Positions 39,210 through 48,575 of a DNA stretch of 64,000 bases are shown here, one piece after another. The first letter of the stretch is position 1; every line of letters starts with the position of its first letter. The translations under genes and the position numbers were made by a program. The stretch is from an uncultured Candidatus Saccharibacteria bacterium. Its GTDB lineage: Bacteria > Patescibacteriota > Doudnabacteria > UBA920. The stretch lies in assembly GCA_964505635.1 (NCBI GenBank), contig CAZDIP010000001.1, positions 116,386-180,385 of the forward strand. Reading direction: 5' to 3'. The notes beneath the pieces were generated by a model that saw only the letters and a list, made by a program, of their open reading frames with translations, had not been told where the DNA came from and searched no databases.

Positions 39210-39811
39210 TGCAAGTTAACCAAACCGGCAAAGAAATTGAAGTCAGATTCTTAGAAATTAACCAACAGGAAATCATATCCAGGCTGGCTTTTTTAGGTTT
39301 TGAAGATAAAGGAGAAGATTTTTTTACAGAAATAATTTTTTATGACGCGGCGGGCAAATGGATTGAGGAAAGGAAAATAATCACCCGGTATGTGAGGCTG
39401 CGAAAAAATAACCAAAAAACTATCCTAACTTATAAAATGCACAGGCAAGATATACCGACAACCGAAGCTCGGGAGATTGAGTTTGAAGTTTCCGACATTT
39501 TGGCCGCTTCCGAACTTTTGGAAATTTTAGGTCTTAAGGCCTTCAGGAAACAGGAAAAAAAACGGCATAAATTTACAAAAGGAGATGTTACTGTTGATAT
39601 AGATACATGGCCACGGGTGCCGACTTATCTGGAAATTGAAGCCCCCACTGAAGAACATTTAAAAAACACGGCGTCGGATTTAGGTTTTGGGTGGGATAAA
39701 GCTGTTTATGAGAACGCCGGAAACCTAATTGAAAAATATTACGATTTAATGGTAAGTAAAATGAGTGTGTATACTTTTTCAGAAATAACTTACAGGGATA
39801 AAGGTGATTAA
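39209..39811 (+). CDS. CYTH-domain protein (CyaB/thiamine-triphosphatase-like triphosphate tunnel metalloenzyme)
   Basis: N-terminal EIEVRFLEI (ExExK-like CYTH signature). Later acidic strands EIEFEV, YLEIEAP. Confidence 0.55.
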   Translation: MQVNQTGKEIEVRFLEINQQEIISRLAFLGFEDKGEDFFTEIIFYDAAGKWIEERKIITRYVRLRKNNQKTILTYKMHRQDIPTTEAREIEFEVSDILAASELLEILGLKAFRKQEKKRHKFTKGDVTVDIDTWPRVPTYLEIEAPTEEHLKNTASDLGFGWDKAVYENAGNLIEKYYDLMVSKMSVYTFSEITYRDKGD

Positions 39812-40361
39812 TTCTAAAAGAACAACATTTGTTACTGGAAATAAAATAAAAGCCGATTACATGGCTGAGTTTTTAGGCATGCCAATTAATCATACTAGTT
39901 TAGAGTTGGACGAAATCCAGTCCTTGGATTTAAAAAAAATAGTTGAGCACAAGCTTAGACAAGCCTACAGGCTTTTAAATCGGCCGGTTGTGGTAGAAGA
40001 CGTTTCTTTGGAATTTAAAGCTTTAGGAGGGCTGCCCGGCCCTTTTATAAAATTTTTTGTTGAAAAAGTGCCTTTTAAAATTTTGTGTTCCTCAGTTCCA
40101 AACTCAAACAGACAGGCCGCAGCCAAGTGCGTAATCGGATTTTACGACGGGGTACAGATAAAATTATTTGAGGGTGGCGTGCAGGGTAAAATTGCAAAGA
40201 AGCCCCAAGGCGCCGGGGGTTTTGGCTGGGATAAAATATTCATACCCAAGGGCTACAAAGTAACCAGGGCAGCGCTTTCTAAAAAAGATGATAAAAAAAC
40301 TTATTTAAAAATAAAGCCTTTGAAAAGGTTAAAAAAATTTTTAGAGGATTATGAAAAATAA
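39804..40361 (+). CDS. non-canonical purine NTP pyrophosphatase (Ham1/RdgB/ITPase family)
   Basis: TFVTGNKIKADY ... VVVEDVSLEFKALGGLPGPFIKFF. Confidence 0.75.
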   Translation: MINSKRTTFVTGNKIKADYMAEFLGMPINHTSLELDEIQSLDLKKIVEHKLRQAYRLLNRPVVVEDVSLEFKALGGLPGPFIKFFVEKVPFKILCSSVPNSNRQAAAKCVIGFYDGVQIKLFEGGVQGKIAKKPQGAGGFGWDKIFIPKGYKVTRAALSKKDDKKTYLKIKPLKRLKKFLEDYEK

Positions 40362-42897
40362 AATCAGACTTCCGCATCATATAAAACCTGAAAATTACCG
40401 CCTACTTATTAAACCCGATCTGGATGGATTTACTTTTGAAGGTGAAGAGGCAATAGATTTAAAAGTTGAGAAAGCGGTTTTTAGCATTACCTTGCATTCA
40501 AAAGATTTGAAAATCTGGGATGTAAACTATATACACAAAAGCCAAAAACAGCATGCAAAAAAAGTTGAATATAACTTAAAGGCCGAAACAGCTACGTTGT
40601 TTTTCTCAAGCAGAATAACTGCCGGTATAGGACAGTTATCTTTAAAATTCCGAGGGATTTTAAATGACAAAATGAGGGGGTTTTACAGAAGCAAGTACTC
40701 TCATGGTGGGCAGGAAAAATATTTGGCCACAACCCAATTTGAAGCCACAGATGCACGCCGCGCCTTTCCGTGCTTCGATGAGCCAGCCCACAAGGCCAGC
40801 TTTGACGTTACCATAATGACACCAAAAGGCTTAACAGTTATCTCAAATACGATAGAATCTTCAATTTCAGAACACCATTCGGGTTATCAATTGGTAAAAT
40901 TTGAGCCAACTCCTAAAATGTCCACTTATTTATTAGCGTTCATTGTCGGTGATTTTGAATTTTTAGAGAGTAAAACAAAACGCGGGGTTAAAGTCAGAGT
41001 ATTTGTTACCCCTGGTAAAAAACATCAGGCAAAATTCGCACTAAAGACCGCGATAAAGGCTTTGGAATTTTATGAAAAATATTTTAATATAAACTACCCG
41101 CTACCGGTCTTGGACATGATAGCCATCCCTGATTTTAACAGCGCGGCTATGGAAAACTGGGGTGCTATCACTTATCGGGAATCAGCAATTTTGGTAGATG
41201 AAAAAAATTCATCCTTAAGCAACAAGCAGTGGGTAGCGATTGTTATAGCCCACGAAATTGCCCACCAGTGGTTTGGTAATTTGGTTACCATGGAATGGTG
41301 GACCCACTTATGGCTTAACGAGGGGTTTGCTTCATATATGGAATACCTGTGCGTGGACAAATTGTTCCCCAAATGGAAAATTTGGCAACAGTACGTGGCA
41401 GAAAGGTTTAACACCGCTATGGAATTAGACGCGCTTTCTAACACCCACCCTATAGAAGTTGAGGTGCATCACCCGGAAGAAATAAGCGAAATTTTTGACG
41501 CGGTCAGCTACGCTAAAGGCTCGGTAGTTATACGCATGCTGGCCGAATATTTGGGAGAAAGGCAATTTAGGGATGGTTTAAGGTACTATTTAAAAAAACA
41601 CTCTTACCAAAATACCTCCACTATCCACTTGTGGGAAGCCTTTGAAAAGGTTTCCAAAAAACCTGTCACTAAAATCATGAGGGGATGGACTGAATATCCC
41701 GGATACCCTTTAATTGAAGTTAAAGAACAAAACAATAATGTAGTCTTAAATCAGCTAAGATATTTTTCCAGCTCTCTTTCTAAAACAAATAATAAAATCC
41801 AGGGTTGGAAAATACCTTTAACCTATTGCTTTGGCGGAAAAAAAACTGCGAAAATTTTATTTGAAGGCAAATCAGTTAGCTTGCCGTACCCCAAAAAAAC
41901 CTGGTTAAAACTGAATTATGGAGAAACCGGCTTGTTTAGAGTAAATTACCCGGCAGCTTTTAGCAAAAAATTTTATTATCCTATAAAAAACAAGGTCTTA
42001 AAAGCCCCAGACCGCCTGGGAATAATTAGGGATGCTTTCGCATTGGCTGAGTCAGGCAAAAAGTCAACAATTGAGGCTTTAGAACTGGCTGAACAATATC
42101 AAAACGAGGCTGATTACAATGTTTGGGTTATTTTAGCTACCGGTCTTTATGCTGTAGAAGGAATTATGAGAAATACAAAAAGCTATAAAGAATATAAAAA
42201 ATTCTGTTTAAATCTGTTTGAGCAGATTTTAAAAAAAACCAAATTAAAAGCTAAAAAAGGCGAGGATAGCTCTCAAACTTTTTTAAGGAGCCTGATTTTG
42301 CAACAAGCTATCAGATGGGAGCACGGCCCGACAATTGCAAAACTTAGAGGTTTGTTCAAGAATAAGCCGGCAATTAATGTAAATTTAAGATCTGTTGTTT
42401 ACTATGCAGCCGCTAAATTTGGGGATATAAAAACCCATAATAAATTTGTTGAGCTTTATATAAAAGAGCCTCTACAGGCTGAAAAAGACCGTTTAGCCCG
42501 GGCATTAACTCTGTTTTCGGATCCTCATTTGCTTAAAAAAACTTTGGATTTTGCGTTTAGTGAACACGTTAAGGATCAGGATGCTCCCTTTATTTTAGCC
42601 GCGGTTCTAAAAAATCCGGCTGGAGCTGACTTAGGTTTAGATTACGCCTTTAAAAATTGGTCTAAACTTTTAAATAAATATTCTGCCGGCCTCAGCATGA
42701 TTTCTAGAATTGTGGGGGCAATGGATAATTTTTATTCCGAAAATAAAGCAAATGAAATTGAAAACTTTTTTATAAAACACAAAACCCCGGGCGCAACAAG
42801 GGCGGTTAAGCAAACTTTGGAAAAAATCAGATCCCAGGCTAGCTGGCTAAAACGCGATGGAGAAAAACTGGAAAAATATTTGGAAAACAATGTTTAA
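40351..42897 (+). CDS. pepN: M1-family aminopeptidase N
   Basis: GAMEN-type AAMENWG. Zinc site VIAHEIAHQWFGNLVTMEWWTHLWLNEGFASY. Confidence 0.85.
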   Translation: MKNKIRLPHHIKPENYRLLIKPDLDGFTFEGEEAIDLKVEKAVFSITLHSKDLKIWDVNYIHKSQKQHAKKVEYNLKAETATLFFSSRITAGIGQLSLKFRGILNDKMRGFYRSKYSHGGQEKYLATTQFEATDARRAFPCFDEPAHKASFDVTIMTPKGLTVISNTIESSISEHHSGYQLVKFEPTPKMSTYLLAFIVGDFEFLESKTKRGVKVRVFVTPGKKHQAKFALKTAIKALEFYEKYFNINYPLPVLDMIAIPDFNSAAMENWGAITYRESAILVDEKNSSLSNKQWVAIVIAHEIAHQWFGNLVTMEWWTHLWLNEGFASYMEYLCVDKLFPKWKIWQQYVAERFNTAMELDALSNTHPIEVEVHHPEEISEIFDAVSYAKGSVVIRMLAEYLGERQFRDGLRYYLKKHSYQNTSTIHLWEAFEKVSKKPVTKIMRGWTEYPGYPLIEVKEQNNNVVLNQLRYFSSSLSKTNNKIQGWKIPLTYCFGGKKTAKILFEGKSVSLPYPKKTWLKLNYGETGLFRVNYPAAFSKKFYYPIKNKVLKAPDRLGIIRDAFALAESGKKSTIEALELAEQYQNEADYNVWVILATGLYAVEGIMRNTKSYKEYKKFCLNLFEQILKKTKLKAKKGEDSSQTFLRSLILQQAIRWEHGPTIAKLRGLFKNKPAINVNLRSVVYYAAAKFGDIKTHNKFVELYIKEPLQAEKDRLARALTLFSDPHLLKKTLDFAFSEHVKDQDAPFILAAVLKNPAGADLGLDYAFKNWSKLLNKYSAGLSMISRIVGAMDNFYSENKANEIENFFIKHKTPGATRAVKQTLEKIRSQASWLKRDGEKLEKYLENNV

Positions 42898-43576
42898 ATT
42901 AAAAAAAGAAAATCTCATTTTAGGCTTTTCCGAAAAAAATAATGGCCAAATGGCAGTCCAAAGCTCTAAAATCTCAAATTTAAATAGCCGCATAAGATTT
43001 TTAAGGAAGGTTTATCCCCAAATAAACAATATAGCCGCTGCCATTCAAACACATTCCAACAGGGTTAAAAACATAAAGACTTCTGTAATCCGGAAAATTT
43101 ATATTAATTATGACGGTCTAATTACCGACAAAAGGGGAGTTTGGTTAACGTTGAGTTTTGCGGACTGTTTTCCGGTTTACTTTTATAACAGCCAAACCAA
43201 AGCTATCGGGATAGCCCATTGCGGTTGGCGGGGCAGCTTGAATACTTTGTTACCCAAATGTTTAAATTTATTAAAGCCAATTAATCACCTAAAAATTTGG
43301 ACAGGTCCGGGAATTCAGAAGTGCCATTTTGAAATAAAAGATGACATTATAAAAAAATTCAAAAAATTTACCGGTTGCATCAAAAATAAAAACTCAAAAT
43401 ACTACGCAGATATTCCAAAAATTATAAAGACTCAATTAATACAATTAGGCGTTCGGAGTGATCAAATTTTCCTTAACAACGAATGCACCTATTGTGAGAA
43501 AAACCTCTATTTCTCTTTCAGGAGGGACCGTCCAAAAAAAGTTCAATCCATGGTAGGTTATATTGGATTAATATAG
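42890..43576 (+). CDS. pgeF: YfiH/PgeF-family (DUF152, Cu-oxidase_4) peptidoglycan editing factor-like protein
   Basis: GIAHCGWRGS motif. The internal ATG at 42890 overlaps the pepN stop by 8 nt. Confidence 0.65.
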   Translation: MFKLKKENLILGFSEKNNGQMAVQSSKISNLNSRIRFLRKVYPQINNIAAAIQTHSNRVKNIKTSVIRKIYINYDGLITDKRGVWLTLSFADCFPVYFYNSQTKAIGIAHCGWRGSLNTLLPKCLNLLKPINHLKIWTGPGIQKCHFEIKDDIIKKFKKFTGCIKNKNSKYYADIPKIIKTQLIQLGVRSDQIFLNNECTYCEKNLYFSFRRDRPKKVQSMVGYIGLI

Positions 43577-43582
43577 TACAAA

Positions 43583-43610
43583 TTGCCAAAAAATCCAGGT
43601 TTGCTATAAT
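43583..43610 (+). promoter_or_regulatory. sigma-70-like promoter TTGCCA-N16-TATAAT upstream of secD
   Basis: Read directly. Confidence 0.45.
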
Positions 43611-43631
43611 ATCTCAAGTTTACTAAATTTT

Positions 43632-45107
43632 ATGAACCAAAAAAACAAGCTTTTTCTTTCTTTGTTCGGAATACTACTATTGGCTTTGGCCTCCGCGTTT
43701 ATTGTTCATCCAAAAGGGAGCAAAATTGACCTAAATAAGCTCAAAATTCCTTACCAACAGGAGTTTAAAATCCATCTGGGCTTGGACTTGCAGGGCGGTA
43801 GTCATTTAGTTTATCAAGCTGATTTTAAAGATATTAAAGAAGGGGATAGAGCCGATGCCCTTAATTCCATCCGTGACACTATTGAAAGAAGGGTTAATAG
43901 CTTCGGCGTATCGGAACCGCTGGTTCAAGTGGCGGGCAACGACAGAATTATTGTTGAGCTGCCCGGCATAAAAGATATTAATCAGGCAATAAAACAGATC
44001 GGACAGACTCCTTATTTGGAATTTAGAGTTATTAATCCCAAAGCCGAGGAAGTAAAGCCAAATGAAAGCGGAGAAGTAACAGTTGACCCTCTTTCTCAAT
44101 GGGACGCCACAGGTCTTTCCGGTAAACAACTAAGCAAGGCTAACGTCGATTTTCAAATCGGCCAGGGCATAAACAACCAGGTAGTGGTTAAGTTGGAATT
44201 TAATAATGATGGAAAAAAGTTATTTTCGGAAATAACCTCGGCTAATATAGGAAAACCCGTGGCTATTATTTTAGACGGTCAGGTTATCAGCGCTCCCACC
44301 GTTCAAAATGCGATCACGGACGGGGTGGCAATTATTACTGGCGACTTTACAACCGAGCAGGCCAAAGAGCTAGCAACCAGGCTTAATAGCGGAGCCTTGC
44401 CGGTACCAATTAAGCTTATTTCTCAACAAAATGTTGGCGCAAGCTTGGGACAGGACTCAATACATAAATCAATTGTTGCTGGCTTAATTGGAATGGCCCT
44501 TATTGCTTTATTTATGGTAACTTATTATCGTTTTCCGGGCTTGCTGGCAGTTTTGGCGCTGCTTATATATGCGCTAGTTTCCTTAGCAATATTTAAAATT
44601 GGAATCTCATTTACTGCCGTGCTTTTAGTTGGTATATTTTTATTCTTAGGCCTCACTGTTAATCCTTGGTTTGGGCTGGCCGGTCTTTTAAGCTATATTT
44701 CACTTATTCTATTGAAGGGTTTGTCCCCTGTAACTCTAACCTTAGCTGGCATAGCGGGATTTATTCTTTCAATCGGGATGGCGGTTGATGCTAACATTTT
44801 AATTTTTGAAAGACTAAAAGAAGAAATAAGACTTGGGAAAGATATTTCAAAGGCAGTTGAAGAAGGGTTTGCAAGAGCCTGGCTTTCTATAAGAGATTCA
44901 AATGTTTCCAGCTTAATTACCACGGCTATACTTTATATGTTCGGCACGCCGGCAATTAAAGGATTTGCCGTGACTTTGGCAATCGGTATCCTTATTTCCA
45001 TGCTAACAGCCATTTATATTACAAAAGTATTTCTTAAGCTATTTGTGGGAAATAACGTCTTAACCCATCCGTGGCTTTTTGGCGCATCGAGATTAAAAAA
45101 GGACTAA
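43632..45107 (+). CDS. secD: protein-export membrane protein SecD
   Basis: LGLDLQGGSHLVY ... C-terminal TM bundle. Confidence 0.85.
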   Translation: MNQKNKLFLSLFGILLLALASAFIVHPKGSKIDLNKLKIPYQQEFKIHLGLDLQGGSHLVYQADFKDIKEGDRADALNSIRDTIERRVNSFGVSEPLVQVAGNDRIIVELPGIKDINQAIKQIGQTPYLEFRVINPKAEEVKPNESGEVTVDPLSQWDATGLSGKQLSKANVDFQIGQGINNQVVVKLEFNNDGKKLFSEITSANIGKPVAIILDGQVISAPTVQNAITDGVAIITGDFTTEQAKELATRLNSGALPVPIKLISQQNVGASLGQDSIHKSIVAGLIGMALIALFMVTYYRFPGLLAVLALLIYALVSLAIFKIGISFTAVLLVGIFLFLGLTVNPWFGLAGLLSYISLILLKGLSPVTLTLAGIAGFILSIGMAVDANILIFERLKEEIRLGKDISKAVEEGFARAWLSIRDSNVSSLITTAILYMFGTPAIKGFAVTLAIGILISMLTAIYITKVFLKLFVGNNVLTHPWLFGASRLKKD

Positions 45108-45126
45108 TTATATATACAAAACAGCT

Positions 45127-46014
45127 ATGTTTAACCTACTCAAATATTCAAAGGTCTGGCTTTCTATTTCAGCTCTAATTGTATTGTTTGGAATTATTTC
45201 TTTATCGGTTTACGGCCTTAATTTAGGTATTGATTTTAAGGGCGGAACCTTAACTGAAATTCAGTTTGTTAATACTTTTGAACAAGAAAAAGTAAAAGAA
45301 GGCGTTATAAAAACAGGGGTGGAAAACTTTCACTTACAGTCTGCGGAAAACAATAAAATAATAATAAAAACCCCGAGTCTTGAAAAAGAAAAGCATGACG
45401 AAATGCTAAACAATATAAAAGCTTCTGCCGGTGAATTTACTGAAAACAAACTTGATTCAATTGGACCCACAATAGGAAGGGAGCTTAAAAGAAATGCTTT
45501 ATATCAGCTTATTTTAGTCTCATTGGGTATTGTCTTATATATAGGCTATGCTTTTAGAAAAGTGCCTAAACCGGTTACTTCTTGGGGCTTTGGCGGAGCC
45601 GCTATTGCGGCTTTGTTGCACGATCTTTTATTTGTGTTAGGTATTTTTTCTATCCTGGGGCATTTTAAAGGGGTGGAGATAGACAGTTTATTTGTTACTG
45701 CCATGTTGACTGTATTAGGCTTTTCTGTCCATGACACCATAGTAGTTTTTGACAGAATAAGAGAAAATTTAAAAATTTATCCGGGGCAAAGTATAGACAG
45801 TGTAGTTAACCACAGCATTACTCAAACAGTAGTCAGATCCTTAAATACCAGTTTAACTGTGCTTTTTGTGTTACTAGCTTTGCTTATGTTCGGTGGTGAA
45901 AGCATAAAATATTTTGTTTTGGCACTGTTTATAGGGATAATTGTTGGGACGTACTCGTCAATTTTTATTGCAAGCCCAGTCTTAATTTATTGGCAAAAGT
46001 ATAAATCAAAGTAA
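45127..46014 (+). CDS. secF: protein-export membrane protein SecF
   Basis: GIDFKGGTLTEIQF and C-terminal TM bundle. Confidence 0.85.
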   Translation: MFNLLKYSKVWLSISALIVLFGIISLSVYGLNLGIDFKGGTLTEIQFVNTFEQEKVKEGVIKTGVENFHLQSAENNKIIIKTPSLEKEKHDEMLNNIKASAGEFTENKLDSIGPTIGRELKRNALYQLILVSLGIVLYIGYAFRKVPKPVTSWGFGGAAIAALLHDLLFVLGIFSILGHFKGVEIDSLFVTAMLTVLGFSVHDTIVVFDRIRENLKIYPGQSIDSVVNHSITQTVVRSLNTSLTVLFVLLALLMFGGESIKYFVLALFIGIIVGTYSSIFIASPVLIYWQKYKSK

Positions 46015-46024
46015 CAAATTTTTT

Positions 46025-46052
46025 AAAAAGCCTCTTAATTAAGAGGCTTTTT
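46025..46052. terminator. perfect palindromic terminator AAAAAGCCTCTT-AATT-AAGAGGCTTTTT
   Basis: Read directly, after secF. Confidence 0.7.
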
Positions 46053-46068
46053 AAATTTATTAGTATAA

Positions 46069-46097
46069 TTGACAAGTTTAAAGCTTTATGCTATACT
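46069..46097 (+). promoter_or_regulatory. sigma-70-like promoter TTGACA-N17-TATACT
   Basis: Read directly. Heads the three-gene module 46137..50330. Confidence 0.5.
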
Positions 46098-46136
46098 AAA
46101 TTAAATTTATTCTTCCTTCGTCACACAGTAAAACAT

Positions 46137-47219
46137 ATGGGAATTTTAGATACAATAATCACCACTAAACAGCAGCAATCTTTAAACGAGTTTGAGCCCT
46201 CTAAAGTAGTAGAGGAGTTGTTTGGAACTTTAAAAGAACGGGATAAGCAAATTCTTCTTTACAGATACGGCCTTTTGGGCAGGCCTGCAAAAACATTGGC
46301 TTCCATTGGGCAAGAACATAATTTAACAAGGGAAAGAGTCAGGCAAATAGAAAAAGACATAATTAAACAACTTAGAAAAACTTCGCTTTCGGCTAAAAAT
46401 TTTGTTTTAACAAAAGATTTTTTATTAAATATTATTGCGGAACACGGAAAAGTCATCGCTGAAGAAAATTTATTTTTATTTTTAAATCTAAAAGAACAAT
46501 CTGAAAAAAACGCTGTAATTTTCTTATTGAGCCTGATTGATGAAATAGAAAATTTCATCCACGAAAATTATAAAAAAGCTTGGGTTCACACTCTTTTTAA
46601 GAACGAAATACTCCATAATTTCGTTAAAGAAAGCAGGTTAATTTTTGAATCTAAAAAAATACCTCTTAGTGCTGAGGAATTCTTAGAACATTTTAGACAG
46701 ACAGATTTTTTTACCCAAAACAAGCAAGATTTAAACGACAAAATTTTGCTAAATTTTTTGGATTTGGCTGTGGAAATAGAAAAGAATGTTTTTGGTTTTT
46801 GGGGTTTGGACTATTGGAAAGAAGTTAAGCCAAAAGACGTGGGCGATAAGGCCTATTTGGTGATGAAATATCACAAAAAACCCGAGCACTATGCTCAAAT
46901 AACCGAAATGATAAATAAGGCGAACTTTGACAGCCGCATAGCTTATAAAGAAACAGTTCACAATGAGTTAATTAAAGATAAACGATTTATTTTAATAGGC
47001 CGGGGTATTTATGCTCTTTCCGAATGGGGATACAAACCCGGCGTAGTAGCAGATGTTATCCGCGAAGTGTTGGCTGAGTCCAAAGAGCCGATGACAAAGG
47101 AAAAAATTATTGAGGAGGTTTTAAAACGAAGAATGGTCAAAAAGAATACTATTTTAGTTGGCTTATCGGATAAAACACAATTTCAAAAAATCGGAAAAAA
47201 TTTGTTTTCCCTGGTTTAA
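46137..47219 (+). CDS. DNA-binding protein with N-terminal sigma-70 region-4-like HTH and C-terminal HARE-HTH-like domain
   Basis: ERDKQILLYRYGLLGRPAKTLASIGQEHNLTRERVRQIEKDIIKQLRK (region 4). C-terminal ILIGRGIYALSEWGYK (GRGxYxL HARE-HTH signature). Confidence 0.5.
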   Translation: MGILDTIITTKQQQSLNEFEPSKVVEELFGTLKERDKQILLYRYGLLGRPAKTLASIGQEHNLTRERVRQIEKDIIKQLRKTSLSAKNFVLTKDFLLNIIAEHGKVIAEENLFLFLNLKEQSEKNAVIFLLSLIDEIENFIHENYKKAWVHTLFKNEILHNFVKESRLIFESKKIPLSAEEFLEHFRQTDFFTQNKQDLNDKILLNFLDLAVEIEKNVFGFWGLDYWKEVKPKDVGDKAYLVMKYHKKPEHYAQITEMINKANFDSRIAYKETVHNELIKDKRFILIGRGIYALSEWGYKPGVVADVIREVLAESKEPMTKEKIIEEVLKRRMVKKNTILVGLSDKTQFQKIGKNLFSLV

Positions 47220-47239
47220 GTCAAAGCAAAAGAAATAAA

Positions 47240-48571
47240 ATGAATCAAACCATAAATATTGTTCCAGATATTTTCGAAATTTTCCGTATTTTCGGCGTTT
47301 TGTTCATTAAAGGCGGTTGGGTTTTGTTCGCCATAATGATAGTTTATTTACTTTGGAGGTCATATTTACATGAAATTCAACATCAATACGTTCATAGCCA
47401 GGAATGGATTTTTTTAAACATAAAAGTTCCCAAAGAAAATCTTGTAAGTACGCTAGCCGTAGAAACCATTTTTACCCAGATGCACGCGCTACACTCAGCA
47501 AAAACTTTTGCCGATAGATTTGTAGAGGGTCAAATTCAGCTTTGGTACAGCCTTGAAGTGGTTAGTTTAGGCGGCAAAGTTTCTTTAATCATGCGTATTC
47601 CGAAAAAAGTTAAAGAGTTAGTGGAAGCAGCTTTTTATTCTCAATATCCGCAAGCTGAAATTGACGAATGCGACGACTATCTCTCTAATTTTAATTACGA
47701 TCCAAACAATCCGGGGGAATACGAAATTTGGGGGACAGAGTGGAAACTCTTGGAATCGGACGTGATTCCTTTAAAAACTTATCGGGATTTTGAACATCCC
47801 GCGGCCGAAGAAAGCATTATTGACCCTCTTTCAAATTTTTTTGAAGCTATGGGAAAAATGGCTCCTTACGAACTTTTTTCTGTGCAAATAATAATTCAGC
47901 CTTTAGGTGATGAGGAATGGAAGCCGAAAGGAGAGGCTAAAATAAAAGATTTGATAGGGGAGGAACCAGTACATGAAGTTTCTTTTACAGGAGCAGCCTT
48001 ATCGCCGCTTTCAAAATTTTCCCAATTTAGTTACAAAAATGCCGTATTGGGAGGAGGACATGGACACGGAACCGAAGAAAATAAGCCTAAAAATAACTGG
48101 CTTAATATGACCGAGGCTGAAAAAGAGCGCGTTACTTTAGTAGAACGAAAAATCAGCAAACCAGGCTATAAAACAAAAATTCGTTTTTTGTATATTGCCC
48201 CTAAAGACTTATTTGATCCGAACAAAAAGAGTTTGGTTATTGGAGCCTATCGTCCATTAGGGTCATCAATGACTAATAAACTTAAGCCTGATGGAAAAAC
48301 TTGGACGGGTGTTGAATACAAATTTTCGAAAAATCTGGAGAAAAGTTATCTAGATTGGTTACTTAATAAAAAGAAAAGGTATATTATAAAAGGCTTTAAA
48401 TCCAGGGAAATTCACATAGGTTCTCCCATGTTTATATTAAATGTTGAAGAAATTGCAACTTTATATCATTTCCCAATAACTACTAAAACTACTACGGTAC
48501 CTTCTGCTATAGAAAAAACCATGGCTCGCAAGGCTCAGCCGCCAACCAACTTACCAATAGCCGAACAATAA
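47240..48571 (+). CDS. hypothetical membrane-anchored protein (single N-terminal TM)
   Basis: ORF with TM segment GVLFIKGGWVLFAIMIVYLLW. No known motif. Confidence 0.4.
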   Translation: MNQTINIVPDIFEIFRIFGVLFIKGGWVLFAIMIVYLLWRSYLHEIQHQYVHSQEWIFLNIKVPKENLVSTLAVETIFTQMHALHSAKTFADRFVEGQIQLWYSLEVVSLGGKVSLIMRIPKKVKELVEAAFYSQYPQAEIDECDDYLSNFNYDPNNPGEYEIWGTEWKLLESDVIPLKTYRDFEHPAAEESIIDPLSNFFEAMGKMAPYELFSVQIIIQPLGDEEWKPKGEAKIKDLIGEEPVHEVSFTGAALSPLSKFSQFSYKNAVLGGGHGHGTEENKPKNNWLNMTEAEKERVTLVERKISKPGYKTKIRFLYIAPKDLFDPNKKSLVIGAYRPLGSSMTNKLKPDGKTWTGVEYKFSKNLEKSYLDWLLNKKKRYIIKGFKSREIHIGSPMFILNVEEIATLYHFPITTKTTTVPSAIEKTMARKAQPPTNLPIAEQ

Positions 48572-48575
48572 AAAC

